From: Thermoanaerobaculia bacterium
GTDB lineage: Bacteria > Acidobacteriota > Thermoanaerobaculia > UBA5066 > Gp7-AA6
NCBI GenBank assembly: GCA_041483715.1
Contig: JBGPGG010000003.1
Coordinates: 1-55,699, forward strand
DNA: 55,699 nt
Reading direction: 5' to 3'
Both the position numbers and the translations under genes were made by a program. The notes under the pieces are model-generated. The model was not told where the DNA came from, ran no database searches, and saw only the letters and a program-made list of their open reading frames with translations. Positions 44,747-53,558 of this stretch are shown here, one piece after another (position 1 is the stretch's first letter; every line of letters begins with the position of its first letter).

Positions 44747-46783
44747 GTGGAGCGCAAGTACGTCCTCAAGACGCCAGCGCGGCTGAAGTCCTACCGGGTG
44801 GACTACGACCGGGAGTTGAACGACGAGCAGCGGGAGGTCGTGCTCGAGGGCGCAGGCCCCATCCTGGTCATCGCGGGGGCGGGGTCGGGCAAGACGCGGA
44901 CGCTCGTCTACCGCGTCTCGCGCCTCATCGAGTCCGGGCACGACCCCTCCCGGATCCTCCTGCTGACGTTCACGAACCGGGCCGCGCGCGAGATGCTGCG
45001 GCGCGTCGAGTCCCTGCTGGCCGTAGACATGCGGCGGCTGATGGGAGGAACGTTCCACTCGGTCGGCAACCGGTTGTTGCGCCGCTTCGGAAGCCGCCTC
45101 GGCCTCGGGGCGAACTTCACGATCCTCGACCCCGAGGACGCCCGCGAGATGCTCGAAGCCGCGACGTCGGATCGGAAGATCCCGACGCTCGAGCGGCGCT
45201 TCCCCAAGGGCGACGTGCTGCTCGATCTCTACTCGTACACGATCAACACGGGCCGCCCGTTCACGGAGGTCCTCGCCGAGCATGCGCCGCACTTTTCCGA
45301 GATCGAGGCGGAGATCGTTTCGGTCTTCCAGCGCTACCGCGAACGGAAACGGCTCTGCAACGCGTGCGACTACGACGACCTCCTCCTGATGTGGAAGCGG
45401 TTGCTCGACGAGAGCCCCGAGGCCGCGGCGCAGATGGCAGCTTCCTACGACCATATCCTCGTGGACGAGTACCAGGACACCAACCGGCTCCAGGGCGACA
45501 TCGTCGACGCGATGGCGAAGGTCAAGAAGAACGTCACGGTCGTCGGCGACGACGCGCAGGCGATTTACTCCTTCCGCGGCGCCTCGTTCGAGAACATCCT
45601 GGGGTTCCCGAAGCGTTACCCCGAGGCGAAGACGTTCCGCCTGACGCGCAACTACCGCTCGACGCCCGAGATCCTCGCGCTCGCCAACGCCTCGATCGCG
45701 CACAATGCACGCCAGTTCCCCAAGGAGCTGCAGGCCGCGCGCGAGGGGGGCGGGCTGCCCGCCGTCGTGGCGCTGCCGGACATTCCCGACCAGGCGCGCT
45801 TTGCGGCACAGCGGCTCCTCGAGTGGCACGACGAGGGAGAAAAGCTCCATGAGCTCGCCATCCTCTATCGCGCCCACTACCAGGCGCTCGAGCTCCAGAT
45901 CGAGCTCACGCGCCGGGGGATCCCCTACGAGATCCGCTCGGGCACGCGGTTCTTCGAGCAGCGCCACGTCAAGGACGTCCTCGCGTTCCTGCGCATCCTC
46001 GTGAACCCGAAAGACGAGCTCTCCTGGAAGCGGGCGCTCAAGATTTTTCCGCGCGTCGGGGAGCGCTCGGCCTCCGCGGTGTGGGAGGCGATCGGCTCGC
46101 GTCCGGATCCGCTGGCGGCCTTCCGCGCCCTCGAGGGCAAGAGCGCCGCCCTCGGCCGCGGGGGCGAGGCGGCGCTGAAACCGTTCCGCGCGCTCCTCAA
46201 CCGTCTCGACGGGCCGTCCCTGCGCTCGACGCCCTCCGAGGTGATCCGCTCGGTCGTCGAGGACGTGTACCGGGACTACGCGCGCGCAAAGTTCCCCAAC
46301 GGGGACGCGCGCCTGGACGACCTCGAGCAGTTCGCCCAGTTCGCCCAGACCTACGACTCGCTGCCGGTCTTTCTCGAAGAGATCACGCTCTTCAACGAGC
46401 TTTCGGGCGAGGACGTCGTGGCAGGGGAGCCGGACGACGACCGCGTCGTCCTGTCGTCGATCCATCAGGCCAAGGGGCTCGAGTGGAGCCGGGTCATCGT
46501 GATGGGACTGTCCGAGGGGCGCTTCCCGAACTACCGGTCGGTCGCGACGGAGGAGGGGCTCGAGGAGGAGCGGCGGCTTTTCTACGTGGCCGTCACCCGG
46601 GCTAAGAACGAGCTCGCCCTGATCTACCCGATGCTCGCGCGCGACCGGTACGGCGTGGACGTGATCCTCGAGCCGTCCCGGTTCCTGACCGAGCTGCCCG
46701 ACAGGGTCTTCGAGCGCTGGACGATCGAGCGCGAACCGTCCCCGGAGGAGGTCATGTCCGCGGCGGACGAGCCCGTCAACTAG
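44747..46783 (+). CDS. UvrD/PcrA/Rep-family ATP-dependent DNA helicase
   Basis: 678 aa. ..LN.EQREVV....GP.LVIAGAGSGKTRTLVYRV..L.. (motifs Q/I), ..ILVDEYQDTN..Q (II), ..VVGDD.QAIYSFRGA (III), ..L..NYRSTPEIL (IV), ..SSIHQAKGLEW..V (V/VI). Confidence 0.92.
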   Translation: MERKYVLKTPARLKSYRVDYDRELNDEQREVVLEGAGPILVIAGAGSGKTRTLVYRVSRLIESGHDPSRILLLTFTNRAAREMLRRVESLLAVDMRRLMGGTFHSVGNRLLRRFGSRLGLGANFTILDPEDAREMLEAATSDRKIPTLERRFPKGDVLLDLYSYTINTGRPFTEVLAEHAPHFSEIEAEIVSVFQRYRERKRLCNACDYDDLLLMWKRLLDESPEAAAQMAASYDHILVDEYQDTNRLQGDIVDAMAKVKKNVTVVGDDAQAIYSFRGASFENILGFPKRYPEAKTFRLTRNYRSTPEILALANASIAHNARQFPKELQAAREGGGLPAVVALPDIPDQARFAAQRLLEWHDEGEKLHELAILYRAHYQALELQIELTRRGIPYEIRSGTRFFEQRHVKDVLAFLRILVNPKDELSWKRALKIFPRVGERSASAVWEAIGSRPDPLAAFRALEGKSAALGRGGEAALKPFRALLNRLDGPSLRSTPSEVIRSVVEDVYRDYARAKFPNGDARLDDLEQFAQFAQTYDSLPVFLEEITLFNELSGEDVVAGEPDDDRVVLSSIHQAKGLEWSRVIVMGLSEGRFPNYRSVATEEGLEEERRLFYVAVTRAKNELALIYPMLARDRYGVDVILEPSRFLTELPDRVFERWTIEREPSPEEVMSAADEPVN

Positions 46784-46793
46784 GAAGGCGCGC

Positions 46794-46806
46794 TAAAATA
46801 GCGGCC
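46794..46806 (+). promoter_or_regulatory. Candidate -10 (TAAAAT) 7 nt before the ATG of the FHA gene; leaderless-type geometry
   Basis: TAAAAT at 46794-46799, spacer agcggcc, ATG 46807. No SD at normal spacing. Confidence 0.4.
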
Positions 46807-47328
46807 ATGGACGACATCTACTCCGCGATCTGCCGCGAGGCCCTCGAGTCGCGCCAGCGGGACCTGACCACGTTCGTGGACAACGGAATGGTCGGGATGT
46901 CGAGCCGGCTCGAGAAGACGCTGCTGCGTCTGCCGTCCGGCCATTTCCTGCTCGGGCTCGGCCCCTACAACGCCGGGCTCGTGAAGCTCGACTTCGACGA
47001 GCTGCTCATCGGGCGCGAAGTGCCCGAGTACATCGGCGTCGGCATGCCGGTGACGGGATTCCGCGTGTCGTCGCCCGACGCGTTCTTGAACACCGAGGTC
47101 TCCCGCCTCCACGCCAAGGTCATCCGGAACCTGGCCGGCGACGGGGCGACCTACCGGCTCGTGGACATGCGCTCGACCTGCGGCACCTATTTGAACGGCG
47201 ACGCGATCCCCGCGCCCGACGACCTCGGGGGCGTGTCCGAGGAGGACTGCGCGCGACCGCTGCGCTCCGGGGACTTCTTCTCGCTCGGCCCCTCGGCCGT
47301 GAACCTCTTCCTCTTTTTCCAGAAGTAG
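46807..47328 (+). CDS. FHA-domain protein
   Basis: 173 aa. ..LLIGRE....I........VSRLHAKV.......YRLVDMRSTCGTYLNG......PLRSGDFFSLG matches the FHA consensus (G-R...S-x-x-H...N-G). Confidence 0.8.
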   Translation: MDDIYSAICREALESRQRDLTTFVDNGMVGMSSRLEKTLLRLPSGHFLLGLGPYNAGLVKLDFDELLIGREVPEYIGVGMPVTGFRVSSPDAFLNTEVSRLHAKVIRNLAGDGATYRLVDMRSTCGTYLNGDAIPAPDDLGGVSEEDCARPLRSGDFFSLGPSAVNLFLFFQK

Positions 47329-47332
47329 GGTC

Positions 47333-47872
47333 TTACGCGGTCGGCACCGCCACCGACCGCGCCAGCACTTCCTCTCCCACGTCGAAATGGGAGGGCATGA
47401 TCGCCTGCATCCCGCTCGCGTCCCAGATGCCCATCGTGCGCAGCGGCGGCCGGTAGATGTGGATCGAGATCGCGCGCGCGCTCGTAGGAGTGAGGCGGTG
47501 GAGCCCGGTGGGGCCGATGTCGGAGAGGTCTCCCTCGGGTCGCGAGCGGTTGTCGATGAGCTCGGGCCGGTCCCGGGGCGTCGCGAAGCGCTCCTCGGCG
47601 AGCGAGCCTGAGAGAATCGCCATGCCGCCCATCACGCCGCGGTGATCGTGGATCGGCGTGATCTGCCCGCTCGACCAGGCGATGAGCATGACCTCCCAGT
47701 CGTCCCAGAGCAGGATCGGGTGGCGCATGTACCGCTCGGTCGAGAATTGGACGCGATCGAGGTAGCGCTCGGCTTCGCGCGCGACCTTCTCGCAGAGGCG
47801 GCTGGGCGTCAGCCGTTCCGGCAGGGTCGAGGTCTCGCGAATGACCTCCTGGACGGTCTCGGCAAAGGTCAC
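47333..47872 (-). CDS. Cysteine dioxygenase type I-like cupin protein
   Basis: GTG 47872 is preceded by GGAGGAGG. ..W.VMLIAW..GQ.TPIHDH.G..GGMAIL.G.L.E..F.. ...GLHRL.. is the CDO-family metal-binding pattern. Confidence 0.75.
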   Translation of the reverse strand: MTFAETVQEVIRETSTLPERLTPSRLCEKVAREAERYLDRVQFSTERYMRHPILLWDDWEVMLIAWSSGQITPIHDHRGVMGGMAILSGSLAEERFATPRDRPELIDNRSRPEGDLSDIGPTGLHRLTPTSARAISIHIYRPPLRTMGIWDASGMQAIMPSHFDVGEEVLARSVAVPTA

Positions 47873-47935
47873 TGCGCCAAATTCTAACGCCTCCTCCGCC
47901 CAGGCCCGCGTCCCTATTTTCGGTCTGCAGCCGCG

Positions 47936-47953
47936 TGCTATCGTCCCCGCCGC
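47936..47953 (+). promoter_or_regulatory. Candidate extended -10 (TGcTATCGT) 9 nt before the ATG of the dehydrogenase gene
   Basis: TG at 47936-47937, TATCGT at 47939-47944, 9-nt spacer, ATG 47954. No SD. Confidence 0.35.
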
Positions 47954-49003
47954 ATGAAAATCGCGGTCGTTCCCGGAGACGGAATCGGCGTCGACGTCAC
48001 GGCGGAGGCCGTCAAAGTGCTGGACCGGGTCTGCCGCCAGCAGTCGATCGCCTTCGAGCCAGTGTTCTTTCCCTGGGGCGCCGACCACTACCTGAAGACC
48101 GGGGAGACGATCCCGCCCGGGGGGTTCGACGATCTGTCGCGTAACTACGACGCGGTCTTCATGGGGGCCTTCGGCGACCCGCGCGTCCCCGACATGAAGC
48201 ACGCGGCCGACATCCTGCTCGGGGCGCGGTTCCAGCTCGACCTCTACGTCAACTACCGGCCCGTGCGCTGCCTGGACGACCGGCTCTGCCCCCTGAAGGG
48301 CTTCGCGGCGAGCGACATCGATTTCGTGGTCTTTCGCGAGAACACCGAGGGCTCCTACGTGGGCGCCGGCGGGCACCTGAAGAAGGGAACGCCGGACGAG
48401 GTCGCCGTGCAGGAGGACGTCTCGACGCGCAAGGGCGTCGAGCGGATCATCCGCTACGCGTTCGAGTACGCGAAGGGCCACGGCCGCAAGCGCGTCGTCA
48501 TGTCCGACAAGTCGAACGCGATGCGCTTCGTCGGAGACCTCTGGCAGCGGACGTTTTTCGAGGTCGCCCGCGAGCACCCGGGGATCGAGGCCTCGCACCT
48601 CTACATCGACGCGCTCTGCATGCAGTTGATCAAGGACCCGCGGCAGTTCGAGGTGATCGTGACGAACAACATGTTCGGCGACATCGCGACGGACCTCGGC
48701 GCGGCCCTGCAGGGCGGCCTCGGGATGGCCGCTTCGGGCAACCTGCATCCGGGCCGGGTATCGATGTTCGAGCCGGTGCACGGTTCGGCGCCCAAATACG
48801 CGGGCACCGGGAAGGCCAACCCGTTCGGCGCGATCCTCACGGCGGCGCTCCTGCTCGATCACCTCGGCCACGCCGCCGAGGCCTCGGCCGTCGAGGGCGC
48901 CGTGGCCTCATGCGTCCGGGAGGGCGCCGCGACGGCGGATGTGGGGGGCACGCTGACCACCTCGGCCGCCGGCGACGCCGTCTGCGAGCGCCTGCGGCTC
49001 TGA
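47954..49003 (+). CDS. Isopropylmalate/tartrate dehydrogenase-family oxidative decarboxylase (TtuC/LeuB-like)
   Basis: 349 aa. ..IAVVPGDGIG.DV..., ..NYRP.R......P......DIDFVVFRENTEG.Y.G.GG.., ..NMFGDI.TDLGAALQGGLGMAASGNL......SMFEPVHGSAPKYAG.G.ANP... Confidence 0.88.
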   Translation: MKIAVVPGDGIGVDVTAEAVKVLDRVCRQQSIAFEPVFFPWGADHYLKTGETIPPGGFDDLSRNYDAVFMGAFGDPRVPDMKHAADILLGARFQLDLYVNYRPVRCLDDRLCPLKGFAASDIDFVVFRENTEGSYVGAGGHLKKGTPDEVAVQEDVSTRKGVERIIRYAFEYAKGHGRKRVVMSDKSNAMRFVGDLWQRTFFEVAREHPGIEASHLYIDALCMQLIKDPRQFEVIVTNNMFGDIATDLGAALQGGLGMAASGNLHPGRVSMFEPVHGSAPKYAGTGKANPFGAILTAALLLDHLGHAAEASAVEGAVASCVREGAATADVGGTLTTSAAGDAVCERLRL

Positions 49004-49022
49004 CCCGTCGGCCCGCCCGTCC

Positions 49023-49031
49023 TGCTACAAT
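49023..49031 (+). promoter_or_regulatory. Candidate extended -10 (TGcTACAAT) upstream of the secreted-protein gene (leadered, with SD)
   Basis: TGCTACAAT at 49023-49031. AAGGAG at 49040-49045. ATG at 49055. Confidence 0.3.
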
Positions 49032-49054
49032 CGGCGCTCAAGGAGATACCGAAG

Positions 49055-49633
49055 ATGGTTAAGCTCTCGCGCAGATTGCTCCTCGTCCTGTCGGCCGGCT
49101 TCTTTCTATTCGCCGTCTCCGCGGCGCAGGCGGCGGACAAGAAGTTCGTCGATTCCGACGACGCCAAGGAAAGGGATGAGCCGCAGAAGTTCCTTCCGGA
49201 CTACGACAAGCTCGTCAAGGGCAAGGACACCGACTGGGTGTACTTCCCGAACGCCGGCTTAAAATCCTACAAGACGGTCCTCGTCAAGGAGTTCGTGAAC
49301 AACGGAAAAGGGCGCGAAGCCAAGGAAGCCGCGTCCTACGGCAAGGAGTACATGGAGCAGTGGCTCCGGAAGCAGGGCTTCGATGTGGTCGAGAAGGGCC
49401 CCGCGGACATGACGGTCGAGGGCAACGTCTTCAACGCCTGGGAGCCGAGCGGCGCCGCGCGGGTCTGGGGAGGCTGGGGGGCCAACCCCGGGGTCGGCCT
49501 GGAGCTGCTGATCAAGAACAAGAGCGGCGCCGTGGTCGGCGAGCTGCGCCAGAAGGCCAAGGGCTCGACGGTCCATGACGCGGTCGAGAACGGCCTCGAG
49601 GACTGCGCCAAGTCCATTGCCGCGGGCCGGTAG
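49055..49633 (+). CDS. Secreted hypothetical protein (192 aa, signal peptide)
   Basis: Strong SD. N-terminus MVKLSRRLLLVLSAGFFLFAVSAAQA is a signal peptide. Lys/Glu-rich mature part. No family assigned. Confidence 0.7.
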   Translation: MVKLSRRLLLVLSAGFFLFAVSAAQAADKKFVDSDDAKERDEPQKFLPDYDKLVKGKDTDWVYFPNAGLKSYKTVLVKEFVNNGKGREAKEAASYGKEYMEQWLRKQGFDVVEKGPADMTVEGNVFNAWEPSGAARVWGGWGANPGVGLELLIKNKSGAVVGELRQKAKGSTVHDAVENGLEDCAKSIAAGR

Positions 49634-49782
49634 ATCTCAGGGGCGGAATCAGCCTAATTCCTTGCTGAATAAACACTTAGTATCGCGACGGGGGCGCCTG
49701 GGCGTGGCGCCCGCCACCGCCGTGGTACCGTTTATCCCTTCAAGGAGAAGCACCGATTTCTGACCCTAGCCACGCGGTCACC

Positions 49783-50787
49783 ATGCCCGAGAACGGGCTG
49801 ACCGCGCTCTTCGGAATCGCCGACGAAAACCTGCAAGCCATCGAGGCCGCGTTCCACGTCCGCCTCCAGTCCCGGGGAAGCGAGATCTCCGTGGTCGGGG
49901 AGGGCGAAGCGGAGGATACGGCCCGGAGGCTGCTGACGGGCCTTTCGGACCTGCTGGCCGGCGGCTACCCCCTTCGGGGAATCGACGTCGCCACGGCCAT
50001 ACGCGTCGTCCGCGAGGAGCCCGGCGCCTCGCTCGTCGAGTTCTTCACCGACAGCCCCTTCGGGCCGAGCCTCAAGTCGGTCGTCACGGTGCGCAACCTG
50101 AAGCAGCGGGTATACGCGCAGACGATCGAACGGCACGACCTCGTCTTCGCGATCGGTCCGGCCGGGACGGGCAAGACCTACCTCGCCGTGGCGATGGCCG
50201 CCGCCGCCCTGCTCGAAAAGAAGGTCAAGCGGATCGTTCTGGCCCGGCCCGCGGTCGAGGCCGGTGAGAAGCTCGGGTTTCTGCCGGGGGACCTCGTCGA
50301 AAAGATCAACCCCTATCTGCGGCCGCTCTACGACGCGCTGTACGACATCCTCGGCTACGAGAAGACCGCGAAGCTGCTCGAGCGCGGCATCATCGAGGTC
50401 GCCCCGATCGCCTTCATGCGCGGCCGGACGTTGAACGACGCGTTCATCATCCTCGACGAGGCCCAGAACACGACGTCCGAGCAGATGAAGATGTTCCTGA
50501 CGCGCATCGGCTTCGGCTCCAAGGCGGTCGTCACGGGCGACATCACGCAGATCGATCTGCCGCAGGGCAAGACGTCCGGTCTGCGGGAGGCGCAGCAGGT
50601 CCTGTCCCGGACCGAGGGTATCCGCTTCGTGCTCTTCAACGAGCGCGACGTGGTGCGCCACGCGCTCGTGCAGTCGATCATCACGGCGTACGAGGCGCTC
50701 GACCGCGAGCGGGAAGCGGCCGCCGCCGCTGCCGCCGGTGACCGGGGGGCCCCGCGGCCCGCCGGCCCCCTGGCGCCCGCGCGCTGA
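49783..50787 (+). CDS. phoH: PhoH-family ATPase (YbeZ-like)
   Basis: 334 aa from ATG 49783. ..FAIGPAGTGKTYLAVA.A...L......RIVL.RPAVEAGE.LGFLPGDL..K..PYLRPLYDAL.. and ..ILDEAQNTT..QMKMFLTRIGF.SK.VVTGD.TQ.DLP. An SD-supported ATT at 49756 is an alternative start. Confidence 0.9.
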   Translation: MPENGLTALFGIADENLQAIEAAFHVRLQSRGSEISVVGEGEAEDTARRLLTGLSDLLAGGYPLRGIDVATAIRVVREEPGASLVEFFTDSPFGPSLKSVVTVRNLKQRVYAQTIERHDLVFAIGPAGTGKTYLAVAMAAAALLEKKVKRIVLARPAVEAGEKLGFLPGDLVEKINPYLRPLYDALYDILGYEKTAKLLERGIIEVAPIAFMRGRTLNDAFIILDEAQNTTSEQMKMFLTRIGFGSKAVVTGDITQIDLPQGKTSGLREAQQVLSRTEGIRFVLFNERDVVRHALVQSIITAYEALDREREAAAAAAAGDRGAPRPAGPLAPAR

Positions 50788-50796
50788 GGTCTTGCC

Positions 50797-53109
50797 GTGC
50801 CCTCCGACGCGTCCACGGGACGCAACACGATCGATTTTCAGCGTTCCCCGTCCCCGCCGAAGCCGATTGGCGAGCCCGGCTCGTTCCGCGTGCGGCCCCT
50901 GCTCTGGGCCGCGGCGTACGTCGTCGTAACGACGGTTTCGTTTTCGCCCACGCTCTCGTTTCACGACACGCCGGCGGCGGCCGGCATGGTCGCGACGCGC
51001 GACGTCGTTGCCCCGCGCGACCTGATCGTTCCCGACCCGGACGCGCCGGCGCGGCGCCGCGCCGAGACCGCGGCCGAGGTCCTGCCTGTGTACGACGCCG
51101 ACGGGCAGGCGCCCGCCCGCTTCGAGCAGGAGCTGCGCGACTCCTTCGAGCGCGCCCGGGCGGTGGCCGCGCGGACCCGACCGAAGGGCCGCGTGATCCC
51201 GGAGCTCTCGGACGCCTTCGGGCTGCCGATCGGCGACGAAGCGCTCGCGGCGCTGTCGCGGCAGGGGTTCTCGAAGGAGCTCGAGGACCGTTTCGCGGTG
51301 ATCGGGCTCGACCTCTACCGGGGCGGCGTCGTGGACCACCGGGACCTGCCACCCGAGGCGCGCAGCCGCGGGCTCGTCGCCCGCGACACCTCGTCCGGCC
51401 GCGATGCGAAGCGGCGCGACACGGGGGCGACCGAGTACGGCAACGAGACGCGCACGGCCGTCACGGCGCGCCTGGCGGAGGGCCCCTTCACGCCGCGGGA
51501 AAGGGCCGAGGTCGCCGCGTTCCTGGCGGCCACCCTTCGTCCGAACCTCTCCTACGACGCGGCGCTGACGAGCGAGCGGCGCGCCGGAGCCGCCCGGTCG
51601 GTCGAGAGCGTGTTCACCCGGATCCCGCGCGGCAAGGTGATCGTGCGCCGGGGCGACGAGATCACCGCGCGGACGGCCCAGTGGATCGCGGCGGTGCGCG
51701 CCTCCGCCTCCGACCCGTCGTCCTGGGTCAAGGTCATGGGCGTCCTGATCCTGCAGATCCTGGCCGCGGCCGCCTTCTGGCTGGACGCGCGCCGCCAGCG
51801 CCGCCGCAAGCGCGAGCGCTCGACGGGCGTCGTGTTCGGCTCGGTGCTGGCCACCGGGATCCTCTTTGCGATCGTCATCCGCGGGACCTTCGCCCTCGCC
51901 CAGACCCTCTCGCCGAGCCTCGAGGGCGCCTCGGGCGCCGTGAACTACGCGATCCCGTTTGCCGCGGGCCCTATCGTCGTCAGCCTCGTGGCGGGGATGG
52001 GTCCGGCCCTGCTCGTGGCCCTCGTGTTCTCGATCGGCGCGGGCGTGCTCATGGGGCTCTCGTTTCCCTTTGCGCTCTTCGCGGTCGTCGGGTCGCTCGC
52101 GGGCATCTACGGCCTCGGGAGAGTCCGCTCGCGCAGCGTACTGCTCTCGATGGGCGGGATCGTGGCGGCTGGCAATCTCGTGGCGATCGTGGCGATCCAC
52201 TTCCTGAACGCCGGGCCCTGGGGCTGGGACTTCCTGTACGACGCGCTGGCCGGCGTCGCCGGCGGACTGACGGTCTCGATGGTCGTGGCCCTTTTCCTGC
52301 CGGTGTTCGAGCACCTCTTCTCGGTGGTCACCGACATCCGGCTGCTCGAGCTGTCCAACCAGAATCTGCCGTTGCTGCGAACGCTCGCGCTCGAGGCACC
52401 CGGGTCCTACCAGCACTCGCTGATGCTCGGGCACCTCGCCGAGGCGGCCGCGGAGGCGATCGGCGCCGACTCGCTGCTGGCGCGCGTGTCCGGTTACTAC
52501 CACGACATCGGCAAGACGAAGATGCCCGACTACTTCATCGAAAACCAGTCGAAGGGCTTCAACCGGCACGACCGGCTCGAGCCCTCGATGAGCGCGCTCA
52601 TCATCGCGGCGCACGTCAAGGAAGGCGTCGAGATGGCACGCAAGGCGCGCCTGCCCGAGCCGATCGCCACGGCGATCCGCGAGCACCACGGTACCAAGCT
52701 GATCCGGTACTTCTACCAGAAGGCCGTGACCCGGTCGGACGGCGGGCCCGAGGCCGTGCAGGAGACCGATTACCGCTATCCCGGGCCGAAGCCGTCGACG
52801 CGCATCCTCGGCATCCTCATGATCGCGGACGCGGTCGAGGCGGCCTCGCGGACGCTCATCGAGCCCACGCCGGCGAAGATCCGCGCGATGATCCAGGCGA
52901 TCGTGGACGACTGCCTGCGCGACGGGCAGTTCGATGACTGCGACCTGACCATGCGGGACCTCTCGATCATCGTCGCCACGCTCGAGCGTACGGTCACGAC
53001 GGTGTTCCACCACCGTATCGACTATCCGGGATTCGACTTCAACCGCGAGCGCACGCGGCGGCGGACAGCCGAAGCCGGCGCCGAGGCCGCCGGGCCGAGG
53101 GCAGTGTGA
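50797..53109 (+). CDS. 7TM-HD membrane phosphohydrolase (PgpH/YqfF-like HDIG protein)
   Basis: 770 aa. Extracytoplasmic N-terminal domain, about 7 TM helices, and a C-terminal HD domain (..HSLMLGHLAEAAA..YYHDIGK.., ..AHVKEG..). Conserved position between phoH and ybeY. Confidence 0.9.
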   Translation: MPSDASTGRNTIDFQRSPSPPKPIGEPGSFRVRPLLWAAAYVVVTTVSFSPTLSFHDTPAAAGMVATRDVVAPRDLIVPDPDAPARRRAETAAEVLPVYDADGQAPARFEQELRDSFERARAVAARTRPKGRVIPELSDAFGLPIGDEALAALSRQGFSKELEDRFAVIGLDLYRGGVVDHRDLPPEARSRGLVARDTSSGRDAKRRDTGATEYGNETRTAVTARLAEGPFTPRERAEVAAFLAATLRPNLSYDAALTSERRAGAARSVESVFTRIPRGKVIVRRGDEITARTAQWIAAVRASASDPSSWVKVMGVLILQILAAAAFWLDARRQRRRKRERSTGVVFGSVLATGILFAIVIRGTFALAQTLSPSLEGASGAVNYAIPFAAGPIVVSLVAGMGPALLVALVFSIGAGVLMGLSFPFALFAVVGSLAGIYGLGRVRSRSVLLSMGGIVAAGNLVAIVAIHFLNAGPWGWDFLYDALAGVAGGLTVSMVVALFLPVFEHLFSVVTDIRLLELSNQNLPLLRTLALEAPGSYQHSLMLGHLAEAAAEAIGADSLLARVSGYYHDIGKTKMPDYFIENQSKGFNRHDRLEPSMSALIIAAHVKEGVEMARKARLPEPIATAIREHHGTKLIRYFYQKAVTRSDGGPEAVQETDYRYPGPKPSTRILGILMIADAVEAASRTLIEPTPAKIRAMIQAIVDDCLRDGQFDDCDLTMRDLSIIVATLERTVTTVFHHRIDYPGFDFNRERTRRRTAEAGAEAAGPRAV

Positions 53110-53558
53110 CGATGCGCGTGGACGTCCAGGGGCGGGTCTCCGGCGCCCCGTCGGCGGCGAGGGTGCGCAGCGTCCTGTCGCGCGCGGCAAAGGCCGCCCG
53201 CTCCCGCGCCGCGGAGGTGTCCGTTCTCTTCTGCGCGGACGGCCGCATGCGCTCGCTCAACCGCCGCTACCGCGGCAAGGACCGCTCGACGGACGTGCTG
53301 GCGTTTCCGGCGGGGCCGGCCGCGCGGGGGTTTCTCGGCGACATCGTCGTTTCCGTGTCCTACGCCGGACGGGAGGCGCGGCGCCGGTCCGAGCCGCCCG
53401 CGCGCGAGGTGGACCGGCTGCTCGTGCACGGGTTCCTGCACCTGATGGGCTACGACCACGAGACGGACGACGGGCGGATGGAGGCGCTCGAGCGCCGCGT
53501 GCGGCGGCGCCTCGGCATCGCGGATGTGCCGGCAAAGCCGGCCCGGCGGGCGCGATGA
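53106..53558 (+). CDS. ybeY: rRNA maturation endoribonuclease YbeY
   Basis: 150 aa. ..LN..YRGKDR.TDVLAFP.. and zinc motif ..LVHGFLHLMGYDHE... GTG start overlaps the upstream stop. Confidence 0.92.
   Translation: MTMRVDVQGRVSGAPSAARVRSVLSRAAKAARSRAAEVSVLFCADGRMRSLNRRYRGKDRSTDVLAFPAGPAARGFLGDIVVSVSYAGREARRRSEPPAREVDRLLVHGFLHLMGYDHETDDGRMEALERRVRRRLGIADVPAKPARRAR

Noticed and set aside
49634-49782. The 149-nt phoH upstream spacer, with an AT-rich patch and a GGGCGCC/GGCGCCC hairpin at about 49692-49712, as a small RNA or riboswitch.
   Set aside because: I could find no recognisable riboswitch core. TAGTAT (49678-49683) has no convincing -35, and the hairpin lacks a U-tract. It is more simply a promoter plus 5'-UTR or a weak terminator. 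An Infernal/Rfam scan would be needed to say more.
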